DNA from: Squalus acanthias
Lineage: Eukaryota
Direction of reading: 5' to 3'
Length of the DNA stretch: 64,000 bases
Assembly (NCBI GenBank): GCA_030390025.1
Contig: CM059431.1
Coordinates: 107,510,001-107,574,000 of the forward strand
Positions 1-12,488 of the stretch are shown here, one piece after another. The position numbers and the translations under genes were made by a program. The notes under the pieces were generated by a model. It was not told the origin of the DNA, made no database searches, and worked only from the letters and a program-made list of their open reading frames with translations. How positions within the stretch are numbered: the first letter of the stretch is position 1; each line of letters starts with the position of its first letter.

Positions 1-657
1 TCCACCATTGCACTTGCCACAGCCGGTAACCCAGCTAGCCCAGACTGCAGCCGCCCATGCAGAGTTGGTGTAGTCTGCAGCCGGGCCCTCCAGGCCCAGA
101 GCTGGTCGAGGGCGTCCTGCAGAGCCATCTGCAGTCTCTGGATCCAGCATTCAGCAGCCTTCCGCCAGCCTTGCTGCAGCCACTGGGGCCACATTACGGA
201 GGAGCAGTAGGGTGGGAAGGAGGGATATGTGGAGGGGAGGGAGATCATTGAAGAAGGCCGAATAACTAAAATTTTTCAAACATTTGGAGGGAATGTTTGT
301 AGCAAATTTGGAAGTGTATGTAAATATATTGTTCACTCTGTTAAGACTTATTTCGATGTGCTAAGTACCAGTTTTGTTTGATAATGAATTGTTGTGTTTG
401 TTTGTTATTGGTTGTGCTTAATAAGACACAGTTGTTATGAAAAATAATTTTTTTTATTGAAACGTTACAAATTTCCTCATGTTACTCATTGGAACTTTGT
501 CCGGTAATATGGACTGCGGGATGGCTGTAATGATGTGCTTGTTGATCCCAAAAGCCATCTTCTCTGTCATTCATCAGAAGCGCTGTCTTATGAGGCGTTC
601 ACAAACGGTCCTTGCAGAAGCAACATGGAGCGCCTCCCTCCCACGTTGTTGCTGCTC

Positions 658-718
658 ATCCTCCTCTTCATCCTCCTCCTCCGCCTCCTCCTCCTCCTCC
701 TCTCCCTCTTCCTCCTCC
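658..718. repeat. (TCC)n microsatellite encoding the poly-Glu tail of the Harbinger transposase
   Basis: ctcctc run reads as GAG codons on the minus strand just before the transposase stop. Confidence 0.8.
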
Positions 719-957
719 TAGGTGGTCCACCAATCCCTGATGGCAATGGCTGGGTCCTCAGAATTACGAGGTTGTGAAGCATGCAGCACACAACAATGAA
801 AACCAATACTCGATCAGGGGAGTATTGCAAGGCTCCTCTGGAGTGGTCAAGTCACCAGAACCATTGCTTCAGCATGCTGATCGTCTGTTCAATGAGATTC
901 CTGGTGGCGCTATGGCTCTCACTGTAGGCGAGCTCAGCAAGAGTGTTGGGGTTACAG

Positions 958-2398
958 TGAAGGGATAATTACAAGTCCTAGCCCTTTTCGGGCTACCCCA
1001 GATCAGGCGTATTCCCCAGACGTTCACCTTCAACTAAAGTTAGCGGTAGCCAAATCCTAGAGACGCTTAATTGGGTCTAAAGGTTCAGACTACCTCTCCC
1101 TAAAGGAAAGAAACGGCCTGAAGATGTTACCATCCTCCGGATAGCACTTTTAACAAGTTTAACTAGACTGTAACCTTCTGGATATTTTATGAGGGTCCGG
1201 AAACCCCCCCAGAATTCTGCAACTCCTCACTGAAGAGTGTACAGAAATTGAGTTTGTGAGATTGATACAGAAATACTCTTTGAGACAATTTTAAAAATAT
1301 ATAGATTTATTAAAGAACCAACATCTAGTTAACAGCTTGTATGGCAATCACAACTTTAACCGTTCAAAATACAAATAGCTTACATTTCTTATCAGAGATC
1401 CTTATTCTCAAATCTTAACTTCGTTACATTTCCACACTTCTACTTATTTCTTAATCCAGAATATCCAACAAAATCAAATACCTTGATTACCCGAGACTCA
1501 GAGTTGTAGACCTACAGAGTGGTTCTGAAGGCAAGAATCGCTCTGCCCCTTCCCAGCGACTTCTGTTTTCTCATTTGAAAAGCTCTTACTTTTATACTCT
1601 TTTTTTAGTGGTATATTCTTTGAAGTTTTCTTTTGATATAAGCTAATTGTCTCTACTGATACTCTATTGAATTCTTTTCTATTCGTACTGTCATCTCAGC
1701 TGCCAACTTTTAGAATTCTGTCTCTACCTTTAGGTGTTTCAAAAACTATCATAACATGGTTATTAGAGATTTATCTTTTGATGCTATTCTTAGGAAGTCT
1801 TTCTATTGAATTCTTAATATCACTTAACTGCTTGTAAGCCAGACGTCGTGACTCCGTGGTGTTCCAAGTTTAACACATAAACAATGTGATTGCTTGGTGT
1901 CATCTATTGATATATTTTCAAAGCCTCTCTGTAGGTATCTTTTACAATATGTAAATCAAAACCACTTCTCTTAGGGTGTTTACTTGTTTTCTTGCTATCT
2001 CAATTGGTTGCATATTTAATCGTGTTTCCTGTCTTATTTGATGTTAATTTATGAAGGCATATGGTTGTTTAATGATCTAAGTTTCTGTTTCACTGAGTGT
2101 TAGCTTATAACACTTTACTTGGTTCATTCCATTGTGTTTCTCCCAAACTCCAGACCTTCTGGAAGCGCCAATGGTTTGCTTCAATAGGGGCATTGTTTTT
2201 GTGTTTACAACCATCTCCCATTTCAAAGCTTGTGGTGTTTTACAGCTTTTGTTTACACTTCACCTTATCTCAGAAGCCTGTATTGTGTTTGCAGCCTGTG
2301 TCACCGAGGGTTTCCAGACTTAGTATGTCATGTATTAATATTATCAAAATCTGTTCATAGGATGATATATATCTTGGAATATGGCTTATTCCATTACA
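958..2398 (-). mobile_element. Solo LTR (1441 bp) of an LTR retrotransposon or endogenous retrovirus
   Basis: TG...CA ends with an imperfect terminal inverted repeat (tgaagggataa / ttattccattaca). 4-bp TSD acag (954-957) / acaa (2399-2402). Removing it restores the transposase frame. Minus-strand TATAAAAG at 1589-1596 and AATAAA at 1306-1311 are in U3-R-U5 order. Confidence 0.8.
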
Positions 2399-5087
2399 AC
2401 AAAGCGGTGTCATCAGCCAGGTGCAGAGGGGATAACCCTTGTCCCCGAGGAGCCAGCCACGAGGTTGATGCAGAGGTTGGAACAGGTCTGGGACACCAGT
2501 CTGGCACAGGATGAATGCATCGTGGCTGCTGCCAGGATAGCGGGCATTGACAGCGAGGATGCGCTGTCTGTAGTTGCACACCAACTGGATGTTGAGAGAG
2601 TGGAAGCCTTTGCAGTTGCGGAAAACATCTGCATTTTCATGAGGTGCCCGCAATGCCACATGCGTGCAGTCAATGGCGCCCTGAACCATGGGGAAACGTG
2701 CTATCCTAGCGAAGCCACATGCGCGTTCACGCTGTTTGTCTCGAGTCATGGGGAATGAGATGTACTCCCTTCTCCTTTTGTAGAGAGCATTTGTGACCTC
2801 CCGGATGCAGCAATGGACAGCAAACTGGGAGATATTCGCTATGTCCCCAGTTGAAGCCTGGAAGGAGCCACTGGCATAGAAATTGAGAGCCACCTTCACC
2901 TTCACTGCCACCGACAGAGGCGTCCTGGTCCTGAGCTGAGGCTGGAGCTCTGGTTACAGGAGGTGCCAGAGCTCTGTGACCACCTCCTTGCTGAAGCAGA
3001 GCCTTCTAAAACACTGCTCCTTGGACAGAGGAATATATGAGAATTGATCCCGGAATACCCTGGGATGGTAGGGTCTCCTGTGCAGAGCCCTGTTGGCCTT
3101 CCTCCCTCTGGCCACGTTTCCACTCTCTCTCTCTCTACCTCCGCTACCTCCGACGATGAAGCTGGAGAACGAGGCCCCGTGCTAGTACAGCTCCCATTTA
3201 ATCTTCTAAATGTGGTAGTAATAAAGCTTACAGAAATGGGAACCTGAAAAGTCTTGCTGACGAACAAAACTCCTTCAAGTAGGATAGCGTTAAATGACTC
3301 CAGATGCCTCTCTCCCTCTTTCAACCTGCATATGCAGAATTGATTGCCGACAGGAAAAAGCAGGAAGCGCACGCCTTTAAATAGCACTCCCCCAGCTCCC
3401 AGCCGAATGCAAACCGTCCCCCTCTACCTGTCGTTCCTAGCGGCAGGTGCTGAGGCAGGGGACGAGAATCAATTTCCGGTCCGGGGCACTAACAGGGCGA
3501 TGCGCGCATGGATGACGTCATGATCTCCAGGCGCAGGAGATCGTGGCGGTAGTGTTTAGCGCCACCGCAAACCGCCAGGTCAATTTCGCGGGCGGCGCTA
3601 AAATCATTGCGCTCGGGCGGTAAGTTGTTAGTGCCCCGTTAGCGCCCCCTGGAGGTGCTGACAGGAGGCGCTAACCAACCAAATTTTTCCCCCTATATGT
3701 TCCCACATTTTAAAAAAGTTGAATACAATAAGGGTCTCGCTGGCTGCAAATCACACTCTGCATCTCAGACTGACAATGAAAACACAGCCTAAAACAGTCT
3801 TTTCGGCCATTCTGACTATTGGGTTTGTTGGCCTGTTGGTCAATAATTTTGCGCCCACTGTTACAGAAGGACATAAGTTTGAAGATGTGGATAGTATCTT
3901 AATATAAGATGAGGCATTTCAAATGTGAAATTTTCTTGTCTCCAAAAGATTGCCAAATTAAGTGTATTTACATTTCCCTTGATTTTACAATGTTACCTTA
4001 CATTTTAACTTCATTATATGCTCAGTGGAGCAGAAGTAGACTTCACAGCATCCTGGCAACTTTTCACCTCCTTTCCAAATGCACATTCATTCCCATGTGT
4101 TAACACTGCACTCTGTATTGCTTCCATGCTATTGTGGTTTCCCTGTGGCCCATGAAATGTGGCAAGAAACAAAAGTCAAACACATTGCCAACACAAGGTA
4201 CCTGCCTGATACACGTTCACAACCTGAAATAAGGTAGCAGCAATGGCCGACATTCTCTTCTTCCACTGGTTGAGCCCAGTTCTTTTCTTCATCTGCTGCA
4301 TGGCAACGGCCCTTTGTATTCGTATGCTTGTGTAAAGTGAGGCACGTTGCGATCAGCCTGTACCGTATGCCTTCTCTGATCCTATACTTCATTCTCCACA
4401 ACCGGGATGGCCAGTGGAATACCCTTGGTCCCTATTTGGACAGAGATCAATTACAGCCCCCTCGGTTAACACCCACAGATAGCAGATGAGGTGAAGCATT
4501 AAGAACCTGTGAATAGCAATTAAATCCTGAGGGAAACAAACAGCTACTTGAGGCAACTACCAAGCAAATGGCCATTAAACAAAAGGGACCAACATGGTCG
4601 AATGGGTCAAATAAACAGTCGCATTTTAAATGGGCACTGTGCTCCAGCATAGACGTTTAGATACTTAGACCCAATTTCCTAGCCCTTAACACCACAGGCA
4701 CGTCTATAGTCCATTATATTGTGCTGTGTGCTACAAGTGCAAAGCTGACCTTAGGATTCAGCATCAGATACAGTGGAACACCTGCACCCAATGCAGAGCT
4801 CTGCTATAAGTACTGACCAATGCATTATTGACATCACAGTTTCTCTCATCATCTCCAGGAAAGATGTAATCAATAGAAAGAAAAATGTCTTCAGGTCGTC
4901 GTGTTGTATCTTCATACTCTTCCCTGGCATTATCATTATATTTGCCGTTTCCTACATTGCAACAGCGAGTATACTTCATAAATACTTCATTGGCTGTAAA
5001 GCTTTGGGACGTCCTGAAGTCGTGAAAGACATGATATATATGCAAGTCTTTCTTTTTCTTTTTGGTACTGCGTGAGAAAAGTCACAG

Positions 5088-5527
5088 TGTCAGCCGTGGC
5101 TCAGTGGGTAGCACTCCCGTGCCTGAGTCAGAAGGTTATGGGTTCATAGTCCCACTCTAGAGACTTGAGCACAAAAATCTAGGCTGACATGCCAGTGCAG
5201 TGCTGCACTGTCGGAGATGCTGTCTTTCAGATGAGATGTTAAACTGAGACCCTGTCTACTCTCTCAGGTGAATATAAAAGATCCCATGGCATCATTTTGA
5301 AGAAGAGTAGGGGAGTTATCCCTGGTGTCCTGGCTAGATTTATCCCTCAATCAACATAACAAAAACAGATTATCTGGTCATTATCACATTGCTGTTTGTG
5401 GGAGCTTGCTGTGTGCAATTGGCTGCCGCGTTTCCTACATTACAACAGTGACTACACTCCAAAAGTATTTCATTGGGACGTCCTGAGTTTGGGAAAGGTT
5501 GCTATATAAATGCAAGTCTTCTTCTTC
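5088..5527 (+). mobile_element. tRNA-derived DeuSINE (SacSINE1/AmnSINE-like)
   Basis: tRNA-like head (gtggctcagtgggtagc ... ggttc), Deu core (gatgagatgttaaac...aaagatcccatggc...gaagaagag), and L2-type tail gctatataaatgcaagtctt. Confidence 0.85.
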
Positions 5528-5880
5528 AGTAGAATAAGCCTTTTAAATTCAAAGTTATTATTGTCAGCAATTTGTGTAACTGTCCTGGATAAGCTTACGT
5601 AAGAAGAATACTGTCGGCTGTGGTGATCTTATGTTTATGCGATTATCGCATGGGAATTTTTGGAAAGTGTGGGACTGCTTGGCTTGGGATGACATTGAAA
5701 TCTATTGACAGGCACAAACAAAAGCTGGCTCAAGTTCCCATAATATAATGAGAAAAGTATAGAATGTTAGAAAGTTTCTCGGAGTGGAACTGGACTCGCT
5801 CAGGTGACCTTGTTGATGTTTAGCAGGTTGTATCTCAACATCATATTTACTGTGCTATAAGTGTAACCATCGTATTTTAA

Positions 5881-7347
5881 CTTCTACTTCTTCTATTAGC
5901 TTCTTTTATAACTGTAATTAACATGCATACTTTGGAACAAAGCTTCCTCTAGTCTCTGAGTATCAAAGACCAAACCTAATATAAATTACTTACACAGTCA
6001 GTAGCATTACAGACTCAGACAGGAGTTGGCAGCAGAGCAGATGGTCCATCATTTGCAGCTCATCACCGCAGTCGCACATCACGGAATTACTGTCATTGTA
6101 ACCCCCTTCTGGCATCATTGCTTTTGAATGACCAGTACCAGTCCATAAGCACATGACAGACTGCAAGATTGCCCATAGTTAAGAGGCTCCAGCTGGGAGA
6201 TGGTCATCGGGTTTGTTATCCAGATGACGTTGCTTATTCTGTGGATGTGTTCTCCAGCCGTTAATTCTCCACTGTTTCACATTGAAGTCGAGAAGGTTTA
6301 CAAAGTGAAGGAAGCTGTGTCACGAATCCTGTCAACAACAACTTGCATTTATATAGCGCCGTTAAGCTAGTAAAATGTCCCAAGGCGCTTCACAGGAGCG
6401 TTATCAAACAAAATTTGACACCGAGAAACATTACATACTGGGCAAGCATATTTGGAAGCAGAAGTGCCAGAGCTGTAATCCTGAAGGTATTTGGATCAGT
6501 TCCCTACTTTGAGGGTTAGCCTGATTTGGTAGGATGTTATTCCTAGCTCCAACTTTATTTTGGTCTTTATGACGTGTTCCTTGCAACTCAAATGAGAAAC
6601 AATGATCAATTAATTTCCCGTTCCACTCAATATGCAATTGCTGTTTGGCTTCTCTATCCTTAAGTTAGAATGCACAGACTTGCCCAGTCTTATCCGCATT
6701 GCCCAATCTTATCCGGATTGGCCCTCAGTTAACTGGGGGTATAGTATTGCGTCAAGCCAGGCTGGGCGTCACTCAGTGTTACTTCAGTCCCATCAAAACT
6801 CTATCTTTGGCCGAAATCACAAAGATTATCTGCATATAGGAAACTTCCGATAGCAGGATGGATGGGTTGGTCATTGATATATATATTGAATAGGAGTGGT
6901 GCTATTCAATGAGATCATGGCTGATCTGTGACCTAACTCCATATATCCATCTTTGCCCCATATTCTTTTATACCTTTAGTTAACAAAAATCTATCAAATG
7001 GTGAGTCACTAACAAAGTTTGGTTGAGCTCTGAGATACGAGCATCCTTTGTCATATTGAAAACCTTCTTCACAAGTATGCGGTGATTAAACCTACCAAGA
7101 TAGACCGGTCAACAAAGACAGCTCCAGTTGTTATGCCTTATTCAGATTCACCTTCAATATGCTGTGCCGGATTAAGCAGTTGGCTTGTGCAAGACTTTTT
7201 TGGGTGGAAACCTGCCTGTTCTGGGATAAGCTGCTGTTCTTCATAGAGAGAGAGCCGGTTCAAAATGAGACGTTCAAAGAACTTATATGTATGACAAAGT
7301 AGAGAAATTGGTCTGAAGTTCTTTGGGTTGGTAGGGTCTTTACCAGC
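5881..7347 (-). mobile_element. Vingi/Ingi-clade non-LTR retrotransposon, degraded, with internal insertions
   Basis: RT motifs GKDPTNPKNFRPISLLCHTYK..ERLILNRL..QAGF, TGAVFVD, LHIEWNG and KVGARNNIL. C-terminal CCHC-like CDCGDELQ..DHLLCC near 6030-6080. Confidence 0.7.
6333..6432 (-). mobile_element. L2-type LINE 3' tail fragment
   Basis: caacaacaacttgcatttatatagcgcc... tail, matching that of the L2 fragment at 10462. Confidence 0.7.
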
Positions 7348-7370
7348 GACTATAGAAGGAGTGGTCATGT

Positions 7371-8750
7371 CACAGAATCAGAGAATCAGAGAATGATACA
7401 GCACAGAAGGAGGCCATTTGGCCCATCGTGCCTCTGTCGGCTCTTTAGTGGAGCTATCCAATCAATCCCACTCCCTTGCTCTTTCCCCATAACTCTGTAA
7501 TATTTTTCCCTTCAAGAATGTATCCAATTCTCTTTTGAAAGTCACTGTTGAAGCTGCTTCCACCGCCCTTTCAGGCAGCGCATTCCAGATCACAACAACT
7601 CGCTGTGTAAAAAAATGTTTCCTCATGTCGCCTCTGGTTCTTTTGCCAATTACCTTAAATCTGTGTCCTCTGGTTACCAACTCTCCTGCCACTGGAAACA
7701 GTTTCCCCTTGTTTACTCTATCATGATTTTGAACACCTATATCAAATCTCCTCTTAACCTTCTCTGCTCTAAGGATAACAACCCCAGCTTCTCTAGTGTC
7801 TCCACATGACTGAAGTCCCTCATCCCAGATACCAGTCTAGTAAATCTCTTCAGCGCCCTCTCTAAGGCCTTGTCATCCTTCCTAAAATATGGTGCCCAGA
7901 AGTGAACACAATGGCCTAGAAATTCGCGTGGCCGGCTTGCCGCGGGGGTAAGGATCGCGCGCGCTCTTACCCACCGCGCCTGCCGTTGTGTTTTGGGCCC
8001 ACAGGAACTTCGGGTCCCGGGCCTCTCTCAAGAGCCGGCGCGCAGTGCTTGCGTGTTCCAGGGGTGCAGTTAGTGCGATGCGACCCCTGGGATCACGTGG
8101 GCCATGGAGAGCCAATGGCAGCAGACCATCTTTCATTCATAGATTTGACAGGAGACCTGTCAAATCTGTGAATTGAAATCGGCCCCAAAAGAACAGCTAA
8201 ACCTCAAATATTTTTTTTTTAAATCCATCACATTTATAAAATAACTATAGTTAAATAAATTAACCACTTTAAACAAAAATTTAAATTTTTGAAAAAATTA
8301 AAATACTTTTTAAAAGTTATAAAAATAAACTTACCTTTCTTTAAAGTATCTAAAAAAGATAAACCTGTTGAAAAAAATTTAAAATTATACTTAATTAACT
8401 ACTTACCTTGTTAAAAGGGGGTCTTACGCCTCCTTTTTACTAGCGTAGAATCTTCAATACTTACCCTCGCGGTGAAACCTGAAAAAAATCTAAGTGTGCT
8501 GCGTGCGCGCAGCCTCTAGCGTGCACACGGTTCACCTAGGAACCGCCCCCTTCACCATACCGGAAGTTCCGGTTTCCCGCGCAGTGCATGCAGGAAACCG
8601 GCACTTCGGGAATGAATACGGGTGAGTACGGACTGTGTACTCACCCGGGAACAGCCGAATTTTTGGGCCAATACTCCAGCAGAGGACTAACCAGTGTTTT
8701 ATAAAGGTTTAGCATAACTTCCTTGCTTTTGTAATCTATTCCTCTACTAA
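7371..8750 (-). mobile_element. CR1 LINE 3' fragment interrupted by a MITE at 7913-8669
   Basis: RT C-terminus TRGHRFKV..FFTQRVV..WNALP and an (agaatc)n tail. CR1 sequence gaacacaat|actccagc continues across the MITE. Confidence 0.9.
7913..8669. mobile_element. Harbinger-type MITE, family A (copy 1)
   Basis: Termini ggcctagaaattc / gaatttttgggcc, 3-bp TSD AAT on both sides. A near-identical inverted copy lies at 31050-31785. Confidence 0.9.
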
Positions 8751-9389
8751 TATACTTTTTTAATAGTCTCTGTATGACTGTTAATCAGCCTACAAATCCA
8801 TCTACTACTTCAAACTATTCTCCAGGTTATAACAAGAGATCTGAGGGCACATTGTCTCACTAGTTGCGCTATTAGATATCCTCTGTTAAATAGACTGCTG
8901 TTTAGACATTCTGTCAGTAGTATTGTTGCCCACTCCATCCCTCAAACCTTTTTGACAGGAAGGTTTGTTAAGGCTCCATAGTACATACTCTATTTAGTTA
9001 AATTGTCTGTCACCGTTACAATGAAAGACTTCTGTACAGATATCGTTCATACTTTTCTGAGAGGAAAGCTATGTCTGGTTACATGAGCGCATCTTAAGCA
9101 TAAGCCACCTTTATTGGAAAAGGAACACAAAGGAACATGAGGCTGGACTACTTTGTTAAATTCAGTGAGGTCAGAGATAGGGTGTAATCTGTACGTCTCA
9201 GTGTCTACCTCAGAAAATATATGGACAAATCCAACATGTCAACTGCAAAAATAGCAAAGTGATGATTTTATTGCCAAAATTGAGGCTAATACAGATGAAG
9301 TAATTAATAAGCATGAAGGAATTAAGAATATACTTGTGCAATTGTATCAACTGCTTGATGCAGCTTAGTGGACACAAGAAGCCACTTTT

Positions 9390-9985
9390 TCTTCTTTGTT
9401 CGTATGGTAGTAGCAAAGCAAATGAAATGTCAATATCTAAGTCAGATATCCAGGCCAAAGCTTCTGCTGTAACAGCGTGGATATCTTGTAGACTGCCTGT
9501 GAATTTCCTCTGAGGGCAGTGCCCAATGATGTGCTCCAGGGTCTGATCAGGAGCTCCATAGTCGCATGCTGGGGATGCTTTAACCTTCCACCTATGGAGA
9601 AGGTGGCAGCATCTACCATGACTGGTTCTGAGGTGGTTGATGGTTGTCCACTGTTTGCGAGGAAGGTTTGATCCTTCAGGTTGTACTGTGGGATTCTCTA
9701 GAAGGAATCCATTCCGTATGTCACAGTTCTTCCAAGCATTTCGCCATCGGTCATCAAGGCTGAGGGGAGATCACTGAAGGGCTTCGGCGACGGTCCAAAA
9801 TGGCCTTCTAGATTTGACACGGGTTGGTGATAGGTTCTTCAAGTCGGCATTCCTTTGCTGGTGTAGCGGTTGTATTCTCTGGAGACTGCATATTCGTGGC
9901 TAGGTGTGGTGGTACGATGTTTGCAAGCATGGGCAGCCAAGGTGTTGGTGGCGATAAAAGCGTACCAGTGATAATTCTCATGGTA
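9390..9985 (-). mobile_element. Vingi/Ingi-clade LINE 3' fragment
   Basis: TMRIITGTL..PTPWLPMLANIVPPHL and LLHRWKVKASPACDYGAPDQTLEHIIGHCP (CCHC-like), ending ccatacgaacaaagaag. Confidence 0.75.
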
Positions 9986-10461
9986 GCCACTAAACCATTA
10001 TCTGACAAAACTCTTTCTTTCCCAAGCCTAAGTAACTCATAACCAGGTCCTGTTATGTTGTACATACATGTCCATTGTGTATGAAATTATCAAGGATACC
10101 TGCATCGCACAGATGCGAAAGAATCTCTGGCCTAGGAATGATCATTTATCATTTCTCATTGATATACTGTGAAAGACTTGCTCTATGTCATATGAGACTA
10201 TATTGTCAATTATGTGTATTCTTGTAGTAGGCTATTAAAGGGCCACCAACTAATGAATGTCTCAAAAGGAGGGTTCTGCTTTTCAGACTCACAGAGATGA
10301 TTTGTTTAAAAATGAAAGGCAGGTTCTTTTTAATTGTACTACCAGAGACAAATAGACAACTCCATGATTTTTTTTCTCATGTACAAGTGCTTCATCAAGC
10401 TGCAAGCTGTTTAAAGTACTGCAGAGAATTGCTAAAGCCGGTTTAGCTTTCATTGCTTTTG

Positions 10462-11065
10462 CAAAACAACAACTTATACTTATATAGAGCCTTTAATGTA
10501 ATAAAACAACCCAAGCCGCTTCACAGGAGTGTTATCAAAAAAGAAAATTTGACACCAAGCCATATAAGGAGATGTTAGGGCAGGTGACCAAAAGCTTGGA
10601 CAAAGTGGTCGGTTTTAAGGAGCATCTTAAAGGAGGAGAGAGAGGACGAGAGGTGGGGAAGGTTTAGACAGGGAATTCCAGAGCTTAGGGCCTAGGCAGC
10701 TGAAGGCATGGCTTCCAAAGGTGGAGCATTTAAAATCGGGGATGTTCAAAAGGCCAGAATAGGCAGAGCGCAGAGGTCTAGGGGCATTATAGGGCTGGAG
10801 GAGATTACAGAGATAAGGAGGGGCGAGGCCATGGAAGGATTTGAAAACAAGGATGAGAATTTTAAAATCGAGGCGTTGCTTAACTGGGAGCCAATGTAGG
10901 TCAGCGAGCACAGGGGAGATGGGTGAGCGGGATTTGGTGCGAGTTAGGACACGGGCGGCAGAGATTTGGATGACCTCAAGTTTATGGAGGGTAGAACTGG
11001 GGAGGCTGGCCAGGAGTGCTTTGGAATAGTCAAGTCTAGAGGTGATAAAGGCATGGATGAGGGTT
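10462..11065 (-). mobile_element. L2-clade LINE 3' fragment
   Basis: ORF2 end LADLHWLPVKQRLDFKIL...GLAPPYL...RPLRS...AFS..GPKLWNSL, followed by a (gtt)n tail. Confidence 0.88.
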
Positions 11066-12488
11066 TAATAATTTAAATGAACCACTGCGATTTGTCTAAT
11101 CTGCTGTTATTTGACTTTTACTTCTGATAATTTGAGTTTTTGATAAACCTGACTCATAGTTGTAGCCTGAGTTACTGCCAGAATGCTGGTTGTCCATCAG
11201 TCCATGAGGTACTATTCCTGAGGTAAAAACTGATGGTAAATAGTTTCATTGTCCACCCGTCCCCAATTACTTTGTCACTTTGTGGGAAATCTGGGCTTGC
11301 CTGTGAAAGCAATCTTTTTAGTTGAGGGCAAGAAAAAGTATCTGAAGAGCATCCAAGTCACAATAAGTAGGAATGACACTCCATGAAAAGGGAAAGGATA
11401 TGAAAACAGTAGCCCCCGACGTTCCTCCATTCTGTGGGTGAATAAGTTACACATTCTGGGTAGACAAGGTAGTAATCTGAGACGGGACCCAGTTACACCA
11501 GATCTCTGCCCCTTTCTTTGTGGATTCTACCAGAAATGGGATGGGCCTTCTATGCGCGGATGTCACTGGAAGAGCTGGTACTTGTGGGATGACGCCATCT
11601 GTCGGAATTCCCTCCAGTTTCACCTCCATTGGCCCCACCACAATGCACACCTGCATGAGGCATTTGAATTTGAAATTTGAAAAGGCCAGTTTCCTTACGG
11701 CAATCAATTGTAGTGCAGTCAATTGTAGATCAATCGATGGCCATTGAGAAAGTGGCACAGCCAGCCCAATTACCCTGTGGCAAGGTGCCACAGCGACATT
11801 CCTGCCACCCTGCCGAGTCGGGCAGTGCAGTTGCACTGAAAGTGACCTGTGCACCCACTGAAAATATTCTAATATCCCTGATCATAAAATTTGGGATGGA
11901 GTCAAGGGTAAGTAGAAGTTCCACCTTACCCCAGCTCCACTCCCAGAGAACATAAGAACATAAGAATTAGGAGCAGGAGTCGGCCATACGGCCCCTCGAG
12001 CCTGCTCCACCATTCAATGAGATCATGGCTGATCTTCGCTTGGTGGGAAATTGAAACTAATTGAAATCATGAAGGTTTATTTGAAGAAGCTATTCCCTAC
12101 AAGCAATAGAAAGCATGGTGGAAGGCATAGACAGGAGATAGCTCGTTAGTGGGACATAAATATGTAATGCCTTATCTGGCCCGGTGTAGCACCCATTGTT
12201 AAAAGAAAGTTTGAGAAGTTAGGGAAGTAAAAGTGGAACTTGGCAAGTCTAGGTATCCGTGCATCATTAACTTGATATTTTCCAGGATACGTATTATTAG
12301 AACTGATTAAGAACATAAGAACATAAGAAATAGGAGCAGGAGTAGGTCATTAGCCCCTCGAGCCTGCTCCGCCATTCAATAAGATCATGGCTGATCTTCT
12401 ACCTCAGCTCCACTTTCCTGCCCATTCCCCATATCCCTTGATTCCCCTAGAGTCCAAAAATCTATCGATCTCAGCCTTGAATATACTC

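Larger units (their letters stand above)
574..3197 (-). pseudogene. Harbinger (HARBI1-like, DDE) transposase pseudogene, split by an LTR at 958-2398
   Basis: ATG at 3197 (MGAVLARG...), then RRPYHPRVFRDQF, VALNFYASGSFQ, GAIDCTHV, KGFHSLNIQLVC, YPGSSHDAFIL, WLLGDKGYPL and WLMTPL. Translation resumes left of the LTR with NPNTLAELAYSESHSATRNLIEQT and YSPDRV...CCMLHNL, an acidic tail, and RLIRQRF* (stop 574-576). In-frame stops and frameshifts are present. Confidence 0.92.
1..3693 (-). mobile_element. Decayed PIF/Harbinger DNA transposon; left end lies outside the window
   Basis: HARBI1-type transposase remnant on the minus strand. GC-rich subterminal region ends ...aaatttttccccc at 3693. Positions 1-250 read on + as a Pro/Ala/Arg-rich segment (PQPVTQLAQTAAAHAE...AGPSRPRAGRGRPA), compatible with the end of the convergent Myb/SANT gene (inferred). 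Confidence 0.85.

Noticed and set aside
574..3197. Domesticated host HARBI1 gene
   Set aside because: It has in-frame stops, frameshifts, an LTR insertion and a retained transposon terminus.
5088..5160. tRNA genes here and at ~36030-36095, ~39290-39355, ~55495-55565, ~61495-61562 and ~61990-62055
   Set aside because: These are A/B-box heads of SINEs that run straight into SINE cores, with no complete cloverleaf.
11290..11945. Overlapping 64-135-aa ORFs, with a faint hAT-like LMQVCIVVGP motif
   Set aside because: Similarity is too weak to assign without a search, and no termini or TSD were found.
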